A stretch of 36,699 nucleotides of DNA from Candidatus Krumholzibacteriota bacterium (GCA_039714075.1 JBDLKA010000025.1:1-36699), one strand, 5' to 3'. Shown: positions 1-9,100, counted from the stretch's first letter. The notes: generated by a model not told the origin, from the sequence alone. Numbers and translations: made by a program.

Positions 1-1
1 C

Positions 2-2173
2 CAGGCGGGCTGGTACGTGATGATGACCAACCTGCACGAAACCGCCTGGCACGACTACATGGGCGGTCCCATCAGCGGCTGGCAGCACAAGTATTCGGCC
101 CACATCAAGAACGCCATGATCTACGCCGAGGCCTCACACTGGGCCAACGGGGAATACGTCACCACCACCGATGCCTATGCCGCGGACATCGATAACGACG
201 GCTACCAGGAAACCGTTCTGCACAACGATCACCTGTTCGCGGTCTTCGAAGGGGCGGGCGGCCGGATGACCCATCTGTTCGTCAAGGGATCCGGTTACGA
301 CGACACGGCCATCGGCGTGGACAACGCCTACTGGGCGGACACCGACGGCGACTTCAACGACGTGAACCACGTGGGGGCCTTCAGCGAAGTTTCGCCGAAC
401 TACCAGCACGACGGGTACGGCGTCACCGTGACCGCCGGCGGAACAACCGCCTCGGTGGAACTGATCCACAACGAAGTCACCAAGACGATCAACTTGAACG
501 AAGGCGACAGCTTCTTCGACATCGTCTACGAAGTGGGTCCGGCCACCCACTGGATCCAGGGCGGATTCTCGCCCTCGCTGGTGGACCTGGTCTGGAACGG
601 GGAACTGAACCGCGTATGGCCGACCGATGGTTCCTATATGGGCTTCCGCAATCCCAACACCGGAATCGCCACCTCCTGGGTGCTGGGTTCCGGCGGCGCC
701 GAACATCAGAAAGAAATCAGCGGCACCCTGATGAAGGGTGACGAGATCAAGGGCAGCGGCGTTTTCCAGATCCAGTTGTTCGCTGGTCCCACCAGCGCGC
801 CGGACGGGGCGGGGGACATCGCCGAACTGCGCCTTTTGGCGGACAATCTGACCGACACCCTCGGGCCCGCCGTGGATGCCGCGGCCTATTACCCGGCCAC
901 CGATCGGTTGCGAGTTACGCTGGATCAGGCGGCGGGAACGGTTCTGCCGGCCAGTTTCAGCGTGTATGACGGCCTGGTGCCCCTGTCCTCGATCACCTTG
1001 CCCATGGCGACGCCGGTAACGGAAGCCCTGCCTTCCCAGGTTCTTACCTTTGAACTGGATTCCGCCACCGCGGCGGCCGTCGAGGCCATGACCGGTCCGG
1101 ATCTCTACCTTGTCGCCTCTGCCGGGGCGGTCACCGACGAAAGCGGCAACCCGAGCGATGCGGTGACCACCGGCGACGGCATCGTCATCGAAATGATCCA
1201 GACCGTGATGGCCATCGACGGCAATATCGAGGCGGGCGAATGGGCCGACGCGCAGGCCCTGGCCGACAGCAACGACACCGCCTGGGGTCCGGCCAACGAG
1301 ATCGACAGGCTGCTCGTCCACTGGGACAGCGATTTTCTCTACCTGGCCATCGACGGCCAGGTGACAAGCAACAGTTGGTTGCTCTACCTGGACGTGGATC
1401 CCGGCACCGCCAACGGTGAAACCGACCTGACGGCGATCGACGCCTGGGAACGCGGCGCCTCGTTCACCGCATCGGGTTTCGCCGCTGATTTTCAGTACGG
1501 ATGTTATCAGCACCAATCCGCCTTCGACGGTGACGGCTTCTGGCAACTCCTGTCGCCCACCACCACCCAGGACAGGTCCGGGGATATCCAGTCGGCCTTT
1601 GACTCTTTCCATACCTTCGGGTCCAACAGCGGCAGCGAACTGGCCATTCCCTGGAACACCCTCTACGGCCTGGGCGAGGGCCTGGTGCCGGTCGATGCGG
1701 AGATCTCTCTGGTCGCCTCCATCTGCTGGGACCCCGAACCCGACGGCGTGCTGGGGGGCGACTCGGTTCCCAGCAACGCTGTAGCCGCCCTGCCGGTGAT
1801 CGACAACGTCTGGACCCTGACGGTGGATTCCGACGGGGACGGTTTGCCCGACGTCGATGATCCTTCCCCGGTTCCTTTCGCTCCCGGGACCGCCGCGCGG
1901 CTGTTGCCCAATATTCCGAATCCCTTCAACCCCAGCACCCTGATCCGCTTCGAGATTCCCGGCCCGGCCGCCGCGGACGTGAACCTCGCGGTTTATGATG
2001 TCAGGGGAAACAGAATCAACACCCTGGTCCGGGGTGTCGTCGAACCGGGCCTGCATGAAGTCGTCTGGAACGGGCGCACGGGCGGAGGGCTCCCTGTCGC
2101 TGCCGGAACCTATTTCAGTCAGTTAAGATGCCGCGGCCTGGTGATCAACCGACCGCTCTCGCTTGTCAAATGA
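2..2173 (+). CDS. 5'-truncated secreted GH57-family (4-alpha-glucanotransferase/alpha-amylase-like) protein with DUF1926-like domain, Ig-like and DOMON/CBM9-like modules and a FlgD/T9SS-like C-terminal domain
   Basis: Frame is open from the window edge. NLHETAWHD...DIDNDGYQETVLHNDHLFAVFEGAGG resembles the GH57 AQCNDAYWHG...DIDYDGFEEVLIENDNFYAVF junction. Also IDGNIEAGEW...HWDSDFLYLAID (DOMON-like), DSDGDGLPD (Ca-binding-like) and a PNPFNPST...LSLVK tail. The catalytic barrel would lie upstream of the window. Confidence 0.7.
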   Translation, partial: QAGWYVMMTNLHETAWHDYMGGPISGWQHKYSAHIKNAMIYAEASHWANGEYVTTTDAYAADIDNDGYQETVLHNDHLFAVFEGAGGRMTHLFVKGSGYDDTAIGVDNAYWADTDGDFNDVNHVGAFSEVSPNYQHDGYGVTVTAGGTTASVELIHNEVTKTINLNEGDSFFDIVYEVGPATHWIQGGFSPSLVDLVWNGELNRVWPTDGSYMGFRNPNTGIATSWVLGSGGAEHQKEISGTLMKGDEIKGSGVFQIQLFAGPTSAPDGAGDIAELRLLADNLTDTLGPAVDAAAYYPATDRLRVTLDQAAGTVLPASFSVYDGLVPLSSITLPMATPVTEALPSQVLTFELDSATAAAVEAMTGPDLYLVASAGAVTDESGNPSDAVTTGDGIVIEMIQTVMAIDGNIEAGEWADAQALADSNDTAWGPANEIDRLLVHWDSDFLYLAIDGQVTSNSWLLYLDVDPGTANGETDLTAIDAWERGASFTASGFAADFQYGCYQHQSAFDGDGFWQLLSPTTTQDRSGDIQSAFDSFHTFGSNSGSELAIPWNTLYGLGEGLVPVDAEISLVASICWDPEPDGVLGGDSVPSNAVAALPVIDNVWTLTVDSDGDGLPDVDDPSPVPFAPGTAARLLPNIPNPFNPSTLIRFEIPGPAAADVNLAVYDVRGNRINTLVRGVVEPGLHEVVWNGRTGGGLPVAAGTYFSQLRCRGLVINRPLSLVK

Positions 2174-2184
2174 GGAGGACTCGC

Positions 2185-4605
2185 ATGAACTATCGTGAAC
2201 GAACCACCCTGTGGCTGCTGGCCGCCCTGGCGGTCCTGGTCCTGGGGACCGGCCTGGCAGTCGCGCAGACGGCCCAGACCATCGTCATCGACGGGGTGAA
2301 CGACTTTCTGCCCGGCAACCTCGTCGACGCCGACGGCCTGGACACCCAGTTCACCGAGATCGACCTGGGTGACATCTACATCACCAACGACGCGGTCAAT
2401 TTCTATCTGGGCTTCCAGACCGGACCCGGCTCGTTCGGCACGAACCAGCTGGGATTCGCCATCGACGTGGGAACCGCCGCCGGCGGCTCGGTCGACCCCT
2501 GGGGCCGGGCCATCGAATGGAGCACGGCCGCCAACAAGCCGGACTTCATGTTCTACGTGAACCTGGACAACAACTGGCAGGCCAGCTACCAGTGGGACGG
2601 CGCCGTCTGGCAGCCCGTCGCCTCGGGACCGGGCAGCCTCGGCTGGGCCACCGGCACCGAGTTCCGCGAGCTGGCCGTCATGCTCGGCAGCCTGGGCGTC
2701 AGCCCCGGCAGCATCGTCAACTGGGAGCTTTGGTTCACCCAGGACAGCCCCACCAAGGGACCCCTGGACTGCGCGGCCAACGACGGTCTGCAGCTGAGCG
2801 TCCCGGGCTTCACCCTCTGGGACACCGCCACGCCCATTCCCCTGACCGACTACCACGCCCATACGGTCCTGGCCGCGGCCGATCCGGATCCCCCGACGGT
2901 GGTCCAGGTCCAGCCGACGTCCTTCCCGGTGGACTCGTTCTTCGACGTCTACTTCAACGAACCGGTGGACGCCGCCACCGCGAACGTGCCCGGCAACTAC
3001 GCCCTGACCGGGGCCACGGTCACCGGTGCGGCCCGGGATGCCGGCGATCCCAGCATCGTGCACCTGACCCTGGCGGCCCCCATCGGCGGGTCGGCCGGCC
3101 TGTACACCCTGACGGTCACCAATGTGGAAGATCTGGCCGGTAATCCCATCGTGGCCGACGGCGTGGGCAACACCAGCTGCTTCGGCCTCAAGGATGTCGT
3201 TTTCCGGGGCAAGTTCGGGCCCATGCTGGACAACACCGCCGAGGTGCCTCCCTATCAGTTCTCGGTCGAGGGCGACAAGGCGCCCCTGACCTTCGACCCC
3301 GTGTGCGACACGGGCATGATGACCGACACCCTGGTGGACGACATCTGGGAATATTCCACCACCATGCTCTACGCCGGTGACTGCGTCGGCGGCACGGCCA
3401 GCGAAAGCTTCGAGTGGAAGTTCAACTTCCAGTGCGGGATCTGGGAGCCCCTCGCCGGCAACCGGACCCACACCCTGGACCTGGTCAATGGAGCCGTCGA
3501 CACCCTCGAGTTCTGGTGGAACGACGAGGATCCTTCCCAGTTCACCCTGCACGACATCGACGTGCTGTTTTTCGTGAACATGAACAACACCGCCATCGTG
3601 CCGGGCGACACCGTCAGCATCAACGGTTCGGTCGCGCCGTTGTCCTTCGACGTGCCTTCGCTCAACGAGCTGGTCGATGACGGCAGCGGGGTCGACGATA
3701 CCGCCGGCGATGGCATCTTCTCGACGGTGATCACCTTCCCGGCCGGATCGAACAAGGACGTTGCCTACAAGTTCCTGCTCAACAGCGCCTACGAGTGTGA
3801 AGGGCTGGGCGACCGGGACGTGTTCCTGAACGACGAGCTTTTCGACACGATCGGCGGCACCCTGGGCCCGCTGACCCTGCCGACGGTGAACTTCGACTTC
3901 TGCAACGCCATCTGGCGCGCGGTCGAGGTGGTCTTCCAGGTCGATTTCAACAACACCGCCTGGGAGAACATCGACGAATTCTTCCAAATCGACGACGTGG
4001 TCGGGGTCAACGGCACCGCCAACAACGCCGAGCCTCCGACCTTCGACTGGACCATTCCCTCTTTGAACGAGATGCTGGACGACGGCGTGGCCCCGGACCT
4101 GGTGGCCGGCGACAAGATCTACACCGTCAGCGTCATCTTCCCGGACACCAGCGCCCAGAACGTGGACTACAAGTACCTGGTCAACGGCGAGTACGAAGGG
4201 TCCACGGTGGGGAACCGTTACTTCGCCATCGATCCGGACAACTACGACGCGGTGGGCAATCCCCAGATCCTGCCGGTGGACGTGTACCAGTCCCTGGGCC
4301 TCAGCCCGGTGCCGGAGCGGGGCCTGGCCGGTCTGCTGCTGGAACAGAACAATCCGAACCCCTTCAACCCGAGCACGAAGATTCGTTTCAACGTGGCCCG
4401 GGAGGGAACCGGATCGCTGCGGATCTACAACGTGCGCGGCGAACTGGTCCGGGATCTCCGCTCCGGCAAGTTCGAAACGGGCCCCGGCGTGATCGTCTGG
4501 GACGGTCGTACCGACAGCGGCCGGGCCGTCGGCAGCGGGGTCTACTTCTATCGCCTGGCCGTCGGCGCCGAAGCGGTGACCAAACGGATGGTTCTGCTGA
4601 AGTAG
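2185..4605 (+). CDS. Secreted multi-domain putative starch/alpha-glucan-binding protein (DOMON-like, Ig-like, three CBM20-like repeats with choice-of-anchor-X-like inserts, FlgD/T9SS-like CTD)
   Basis: GAGGAGG RBS then ATG at 2185; signal peptide ending LAVA-Q; DPPTVV...FNEPVD Ig motif; repeats containing LxDDG...AGDxI[FY] and Y/WK[FY]; PNPFNPST...MVLLK tail. Confidence 0.7.
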   Translation: MNYRERTTLWLLAALAVLVLGTGLAVAQTAQTIVIDGVNDFLPGNLVDADGLDTQFTEIDLGDIYITNDAVNFYLGFQTGPGSFGTNQLGFAIDVGTAAGGSVDPWGRAIEWSTAANKPDFMFYVNLDNNWQASYQWDGAVWQPVASGPGSLGWATGTEFRELAVMLGSLGVSPGSIVNWELWFTQDSPTKGPLDCAANDGLQLSVPGFTLWDTATPIPLTDYHAHTVLAAADPDPPTVVQVQPTSFPVDSFFDVYFNEPVDAATANVPGNYALTGATVTGAARDAGDPSIVHLTLAAPIGGSAGLYTLTVTNVEDLAGNPIVADGVGNTSCFGLKDVVFRGKFGPMLDNTAEVPPYQFSVEGDKAPLTFDPVCDTGMMTDTLVDDIWEYSTTMLYAGDCVGGTASESFEWKFNFQCGIWEPLAGNRTHTLDLVNGAVDTLEFWWNDEDPSQFTLHDIDVLFFVNMNNTAIVPGDTVSINGSVAPLSFDVPSLNELVDDGSGVDDTAGDGIFSTVITFPAGSNKDVAYKFLLNSAYECEGLGDRDVFLNDELFDTIGGTLGPLTLPTVNFDFCNAIWRAVEVVFQVDFNNTAWENIDEFFQIDDVVGVNGTANNAEPPTFDWTIPSLNEMLDDGVAPDLVAGDKIYTVSVIFPDTSAQNVDYKYLVNGEYEGSTVGNRYFAIDPDNYDAVGNPQILPVDVYQSLGLSPVPERGLAGLLLEQNNPNPFNPSTKIRFNVAREGTGSLRIYNVRGELVRDLRSGKFETGPGVIVWDGRTDSGRAVGSGVYFYRLAVGAEAVTKRMVLLK
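3193..4233 (+). repeat. Three tandem protein-level repeats of about 100-120 aa (CBM20-like)
   Basis: Units begin DVVFRGKF (3193), DVLFFVNMNN (3559) and EVVFQVDFNN (3925). Units 1 and 2 share G...APL[TS]FD; units 2 and 3 share PSLNE[LM]xDDG; all three end [YW]K[FY]...E...G[ND]R. Confidence 0.7.
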
Positions 4606-4631
4606 TCCGCATGAGTCAGGATGCCTTGTCG

Positions 4632-4668
4632 AAGCCGGCCCCGGAGTATCCGGGGCCGGCTTTATTCT
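4632..4668 (+). terminator. Rho-independent terminator after the two-gene alpha-glucan module
   Basis: Perfect 14-bp stem AAGCCGGCCCCGGA-gta-TCCGGGGCCGGCTT (4632-4662) followed by TATTCT. Confidence 0.85.
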
Positions 4669-4739
4669 GTTGCGCATCGGCGGGCCCTTTTCTAGGATGG
4701 CCGGGTGCAATCCGCGTCGAAGAATTCCCACAGGAGGGT

Positions 4740-5414
4740 ATGGAAATGAATCAGATACTCCGCCGTCCCATCTGGCGGAAAGCCGGGGGGCTGGCTGTTC
4801 TTGCCGCCGCCCTGATCCTGGGTCTGGCCGCCTGCTATCCCGCCGGACCCGAGAACCTGGGAGAGATCGGGGTCGTGGTGACCTTCAGGAATCCCCAGGG
4901 CGACTTCAGCAACCTGAAGACCTACGCCATGGAGGATGTCGTGGCGGAACTGGAGAAGCCGGGAGACGATTCCTCCGAGCCCATAAATCCCGTTTTCATT
5001 CCAATCATCCTTGAGGGGCTCCAGTCCCAGATGGAGGCGGCGGGTTTCACCAGGGAACCAGACCCGGAAACCAACAAGCCAGATGTCTGGCTGAGCGTCG
5101 GTGCGGTCGTGAGCGAAGTTTGGGTCTACTGGTATGATTGGGGTTACGGGGGATACCCAGGCTGGGGATGGTATTATCCTCCTTACGTGGGCACAGCCTC
5201 CTTCCAGCAGGGAACGATCATCTGGCAGCTGCATGATCTGCGCGAGGTCGACGATCCCACCGATCCCGAGGCCAAGCCTCCCTTGAACTGGGTGGCCGCG
5301 CTCAACGGCGCGCTCCGAAATAATCCCGCTTCCACCGAAGCGGACATCACCAGTGGAATCAAACAGGCATTCGCCCAGTCACCCTACGTCGCCGCCACCG
5401 GCGCGGGAAAATAA
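4740..5414 (+). CDS. DUF4136-family lipoprotein
   Basis: AGGAGG RBS; lipobox LAA-C; DFSNLKTY; PDVWL; Y/W/G-rich stretch WYDWGYGGYPGWGWYYP; GTIIWQLHD; final AFAQSPY. The start could be 4740 or 4746. Confidence 0.75.
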   Translation: MEMNQILRRPIWRKAGGLAVLAAALILGLAACYPAGPENLGEIGVVVTFRNPQGDFSNLKTYAMEDVVAELEKPGDDSSEPINPVFIPIILEGLQSQMEAAGFTREPDPETNKPDVWLSVGAVVSEVWVYWYDWGYGGYPGWGWYYPPYVGTASFQQGTIIWQLHDLREVDDPTDPEAKPPLNWVAALNGALRNNPASTEADITSGIKQAFAQSPYVAATGAGK

Positions 5415-5426
5415 GGAGGTCGGGAC

Positions 5427-6017
5427 ATGAAAAGATTCATCGCATTGCTTGGCCTTCTGCTGATCCTGGCGCCCGCCGGCGCCGCCCGGGCGGACAACAA
5501 CTCCTTCGGGATCGCCTGGGGCATCAGCGTGCCCACCGGCGACACGAACGACTTCGCCTCGAAGATGAGTTTCCGGGGCGCCAGCGCCGAATGGCGTAAT
5601 TTCTACCTGAGGGACGCCGCCTACGGGCTGAACGTCGGCTGGAACGTCTTCAACGAGGACGACGTCTCCACCGTGAGCTTCGCCAACGCCGCCGTAACGG
5701 GCAAGCGCTGGAACTACGTCAACGCCGTGCCGGTCTACGCGAGCTGGTTCAAGTACTTCAGCGACGACCGGCGCAGCAGCCGGTTCTACGCCGGCATGAA
5801 CGTGGGTTCATCGTGGATCGAACGCCGCACGGACATCGGCCTGGTGAGTCTCAAGGAATCCAACTGGCATTTCGCCCTCGCTCCGGAGGTGGGGTGGCAG
5901 CTGCCCTGGGATTCCTTCCTGGGATATGTCGGCGTCCGTTACCACTACGCCTTCGAGGCGGGCAACATGGATGCCCAGCAGTGGCTGGAGTTCAAGATCG
6001 GGTTCGGCCTGGACTGA
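5427..6017 (+). CDS. Outer-membrane beta-barrel protein (OmpW/OmpA-like, 8-stranded)
   Basis: AAGGAGG RBS; signal peptide ending ARA-D; alternating aromatic strands; C-terminal LEFKIGFGLD. Confidence 0.8.
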   Translation: MKRFIALLGLLLILAPAGAARADNNSFGIAWGISVPTGDTNDFASKMSFRGASAEWRNFYLRDAAYGLNVGWNVFNEDDVSTVSFANAAVTGKRWNYVNAVPVYASWFKYFSDDRRSSRFYAGMNVGSSWIERRTDIGLVSLKESNWHFALAPEVGWQLPWDSFLGYVGVRYHYAFEAGNMDAQQWLEFKIGFGLD

Positions 6018-6027
6018 TTCCCGTCCG

Positions 6028-7407
6028 CTAGCCGAGTTCGTACTTGTTGATGCGGTAGACCAGCACATGCCTGGGTACGCCCAGATAGGCGGCCGTCCGG
6101 GACCGGTTGCCGCCGCACTTGTCCAGGGCCCGGCGGATCACTTCCTTCTCCAGGGCGATCAGCGACAATCCCCCGGCGGGCAGGGGGCCCAGGGGCAGTC
6201 CCTGCGGCGCTTCATCCGGGGTGGTCGTGGCCGGGGCCAGATCCCCGGCCCGGGGGGCCAGGCGTTCCAGATCCGCGAGGGTCAGAACGTCGCCTTGCCG
6301 CATCAGGACCAGGCGCTGGTTCAGATTCTTGAGTTCCCGCACGTTGCCCCGCCAGGGCCGGGCCTCCAATGCTTCCAGCAATGACGTTTCCGAAGCCAGG
6401 TTCTCTCCGCCGTGAACGCGGGTGAAATGATCCCAAAGCGGCTTGATGTCGGTGGAGCGGTCCCGCAACGGCGGCAGGGCCAGCTGGAGAACATTGATCC
6501 GGAACAGCAGGTCTTCCCGGAACCGTCCGCGTGCGGTTTCTTCTTCCAGGTCGCGGTTGGTGGCGCACACCAGGCGGAAATCCACCTCGACCGGACCAGG
6601 CCCGCCCACCGGGTCAACCTGCCTGGATTCCAGGACCCGCAGCAGCTTGGGTTGCAGATGAAGGGGCAGTTCGGCGATTTCATCCAGGAACAGGGTGCCT
6701 CCCCGGGCGGTCCGGATCCTTCCCGGCGCGGCCCGGCCGGCGCCGGTGAAGGCTCCCTTGGCGTGGCCGAACAATTCGGATTCCATCAGGTCGCCGGGAA
6801 TGGCGGCGCAGTTGACCGTGACGAAGGGCCGGTCCCAGCGGTCGGAGAGGTCGTGGCACGCCCGGGCCGCCAGTTCCTTGCCTGTTCCACTTTCCCCCGA
6901 GATGAGAACGGTCGCGTCGTTGGGCGCCACCCGGCGCAGGTTGCCCATGAAGTCGGACATCGCGCGCGAGGCGTAGACCATTCCGCTGTCGGGGGACCTT
7001 TTCTTCAGGAGGCGGCGCAATCTGGCGTTGTCCTGTTCCAGGGACCGGGTGTGCAGGGCCTGCTCCACCGTCAATTTCAATTCCTCGCGGGCGAAGGGTT
7101 TCAGAAGGTAGGTGAACGCGCCCAGCTTCATGGCCTCGACGGCCTGTTCCACGGTGCCGTGGGCGGTCAGCATGATCACCGGGACGGAGGTCATGGAGGC
7201 GGTTTCGCGGATCCGGCGCAGGACTTCCATGCCGTCGGCCCCCGGCATCCGGATATCGGTGATGACCAGATCGGGGTCTTCCCCAAGGAGCGCAAGGCCC
7301 TCGTTGCCGTCGGCGGCGGTCAATACTTCGTGTCCGGAATCGGTCAGGATGAACTGCACGACCTCGCGTAGGCTGTTGTCGTCATCGATCAGCAGAATCC
7401 GACCCAT
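6028..7407 (-). CDS. Sigma54-dependent NtrC/AtoC/ZraR-family response regulator
   Basis: Receiver domain (LIDDD, TDIRMP, K-P); Walker A GESGTGKE; ESELFGHAKGAFTGA; FLDEI; WRGNVREL; Fis-type HTH. AAGGAG RBS lies 6 nt before ATG 7407. Confidence 0.95.
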   Translation of the reverse strand: MGRILLIDDDNSLREVVQFILTDSGHEVLTAADGNEGLALLGEDPDLVITDIRMPGADGMEVLRRIRETASMTSVPVIMLTAHGTVEQAVEAMKLGAFTYLLKPFAREELKLTVEQALHTRSLEQDNARLRRLLKKRSPDSGMVYASRAMSDFMGNLRRVAPNDATVLISGESGTGKELAARACHDLSDRWDRPFVTVNCAAIPGDLMESELFGHAKGAFTGAGRAAPGRIRTARGGTLFLDEIAELPLHLQPKLLRVLESRQVDPVGGPGPVEVDFRLVCATNRDLEEETARGRFREDLLFRINVLQLALPPLRDRSTDIKPLWDHFTRVHGGENLASETSLLEALEARPWRGNVRELKNLNQRLVLMRQGDVLTLADLERLAPRAGDLAPATTTPDEAPQGLPLGPLPAGGLSLIALEKEVIRRALDKCGGNRSRTAAYLGVPRHVLVYRINKYELG

Positions 7408-7429
7408 GTCCAACTCCTTCCGCCGGGTT

Positions 7430-7981
7430 TCATCTGCTGAGAGACGCGCGCAGGGTCCCGGAAGTGGGGAAAGCGGCGTCGGACTTCTTATCGGTCTCGA
7501 TGGTGGTGTCGATCCATTCCCGCAGGTACCACAGTTTGTCCACCTTCTCGAAAACGAATATCGCCCGCGACCGGTGTTCCTGACCGCCGAAATTCAGGGT
7601 GTAGACCAGGTCCCACTCGGACCGGCCCTTGGATTCGCTGCCCTTTACCAGGACATTGTCCAGCAGCACCAGCGTGGCCCCTTTGTTTGGCGACACCATT
7701 TCCTGGATGAATCCGATCTCCCGCTCACGGTCCCACAGGTCCCATTCCACGGGCGGATGTTCAAGGGTGACCGAGGGGAAGGGGACGAAGCGGAAGTTCT
7801 CGGCCAGGAAATCGCCGTACCGTTTCCAGTCCCTTTCCGCGACGGTCTCTTCCAGGTTGGCGAGCACCTGTTCGGGATCGAAGGCTCCGGTCAAGGGTTT
7901 GGCAGCCTGCGCCACCGCGGGCCCATTGTCCGCCAGGAGCGCCGCCAGGATGACAGGCAGAAAAAAGCTGAGGGGTTTCAT
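7430..7981 (-). CDS. Secreted hypothetical protein, probable NTF2-like fold
   Basis: Signal peptide; PEQVLANL...YGDFLAENFRFV and a terminal FVFEKVDKLWYLREW pattern typical of NTF2-like proteins; ATGA overlap with the kinase stop codon. Confidence 0.7.
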   Translation of the reverse strand: MKPLSFFLPVILAALLADNGPAVAQAAKPLTGAFDPEQVLANLEETVAERDWKRYGDFLAENFRFVPFPSVTLEHPPVEWDLWDREREIGFIQEMVSPNKGATLVLLDNVLVKGSESKGRSEWDLVYTLNFGGQEHRSRAIFVFEKVDKLWYLREWIDTTIETDKKSDAAFPTSGTLRASLSR

Positions 7982-9078
7982 GATTTATCCTCCTTGGGAG
8001 CCGCCGGCAGGACCATCAGGACACGGCCGCCTCCGGTGAAACCGGAGTCTACCTCCAGAGTGCCGCCGAGGTCTTCGACGATGCGCAGACTTGTTGCCAG
8101 CCCGAGGCCGGTTCCATTGCTTTTGGTGGAGAAAAAGGGAGTTCCGAAATTGGCCAGGGCTTCAGCGGTGAACCCGGGTCCGGAGTCGACGACCCCGCAG
8201 CGGATTTCGCCGTCGCCGGCCTCGATCTCAAGTCCGATGTTGCCGTCCGCACCGGTGGCGTCCGCAGCGTTGAGGGCCAGGTTCAGCAGGACCTGGCGCA
8301 CCTGTTCCCGGTTGCCGCGAGCCTCAGGAACGTCGGCCGCGGTGGTGATGGTCAAGGTGTGGGGCTCGGGACGATGTTCCATCAATTGAGCCACCGCGCG
8401 GCATTCCTGTTCCAGGTCGAAAGAGGCCACTTCGCCGGGCTCGCTGCGGGCGAAGGTCAGGAATTTGGAAAGGACCTGGTTCAGCCGGCCGGTTTCCTCC
8501 TGCAGGATGGAAAACATCCGCGACTTGGGATGGTCCCGGGGAAAATCGTCGGCCAGGACTTCGGCCGAGCCCTTGATGCTGGCCAGGGGATTACGGATCT
8601 CATGGGCCAGTCCCGCCGACAGCCGGCCGACGGCGGCCATCCGGGCGGACCTGACCAGTTCGGCTTCCATGGCGGTTTTCTGATCCAGGGTTACGCGAAG
8701 ATCCTCGGCGGTCCGTTTCTGCCGGTCCCGGGCCGCGTTGATCCGGCCCACCAGGGTGCCGGTCAACAGGCCCACCAGCAGGTACAGCAGCATTTCCAGG
8801 ATCTTCTCGACGGTGGTGCCCGGGTCGAAACCGATCAACCCGAAGGCGTGGGGGACGTAGAGTGCGATAACCAGCAAGGCTGCCGAAATGCCGCCGGTCG
8901 GCCCGCCGCGAAAAGCCGCCAGGATGATGGGGAAGTAGTAGAGGCGCCGGTAGATGCCGTGCAGGGCGTGGATGTGCCAGTGGGTGTTGTAATGCAGCAG
9001 GGAAATAACGGCGATCATGGCGAAAGCCAGCCAGTAGCGCCGCAGCAGTTTCAGCCCCTGTGATTTGTCTGCTGTCAC
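7978..9078 (-). CDS. Membrane sensor histidine kinase (NtrB/ZraS type) with His-rich membrane-proximal motif
   Basis: AAGGAG RBS and GTG at 9078; four short TM segments; LHYNTHWHIHALH; H-box AHEIRNPL; N-box NLALNA; DSGPG; PFFSTK; GTGLGL. Confidence 0.93.
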   Translation of the reverse strand: MTADKSQGLKLLRRYWLAFAMIAVISLLHYNTHWHIHALHGIYRRLYYFPIILAAFRGGPTGGISAALLVIALYVPHAFGLIGFDPGTTVEKILEMLLYLLVGLLTGTLVGRINAARDRQKRTAEDLRVTLDQKTAMEAELVRSARMAAVGRLSAGLAHEIRNPLASIKGSAEVLADDFPRDHPKSRMFSILQEETGRLNQVLSKFLTFARSEPGEVASFDLEQECRAVAQLMEHRPEPHTLTITTAADVPEARGNREQVRQVLLNLALNAADATGADGNIGLEIEAGDGEIRCGVVDSGPGFTAEALANFGTPFFSTKSNGTGLGLATSLRIVEDLGGTLEVDSGFTGGGRVLMVLPAAPKEDKS

Positions 9079-9100
9079 CGTCCCAACTCCTTCTTTGCAC

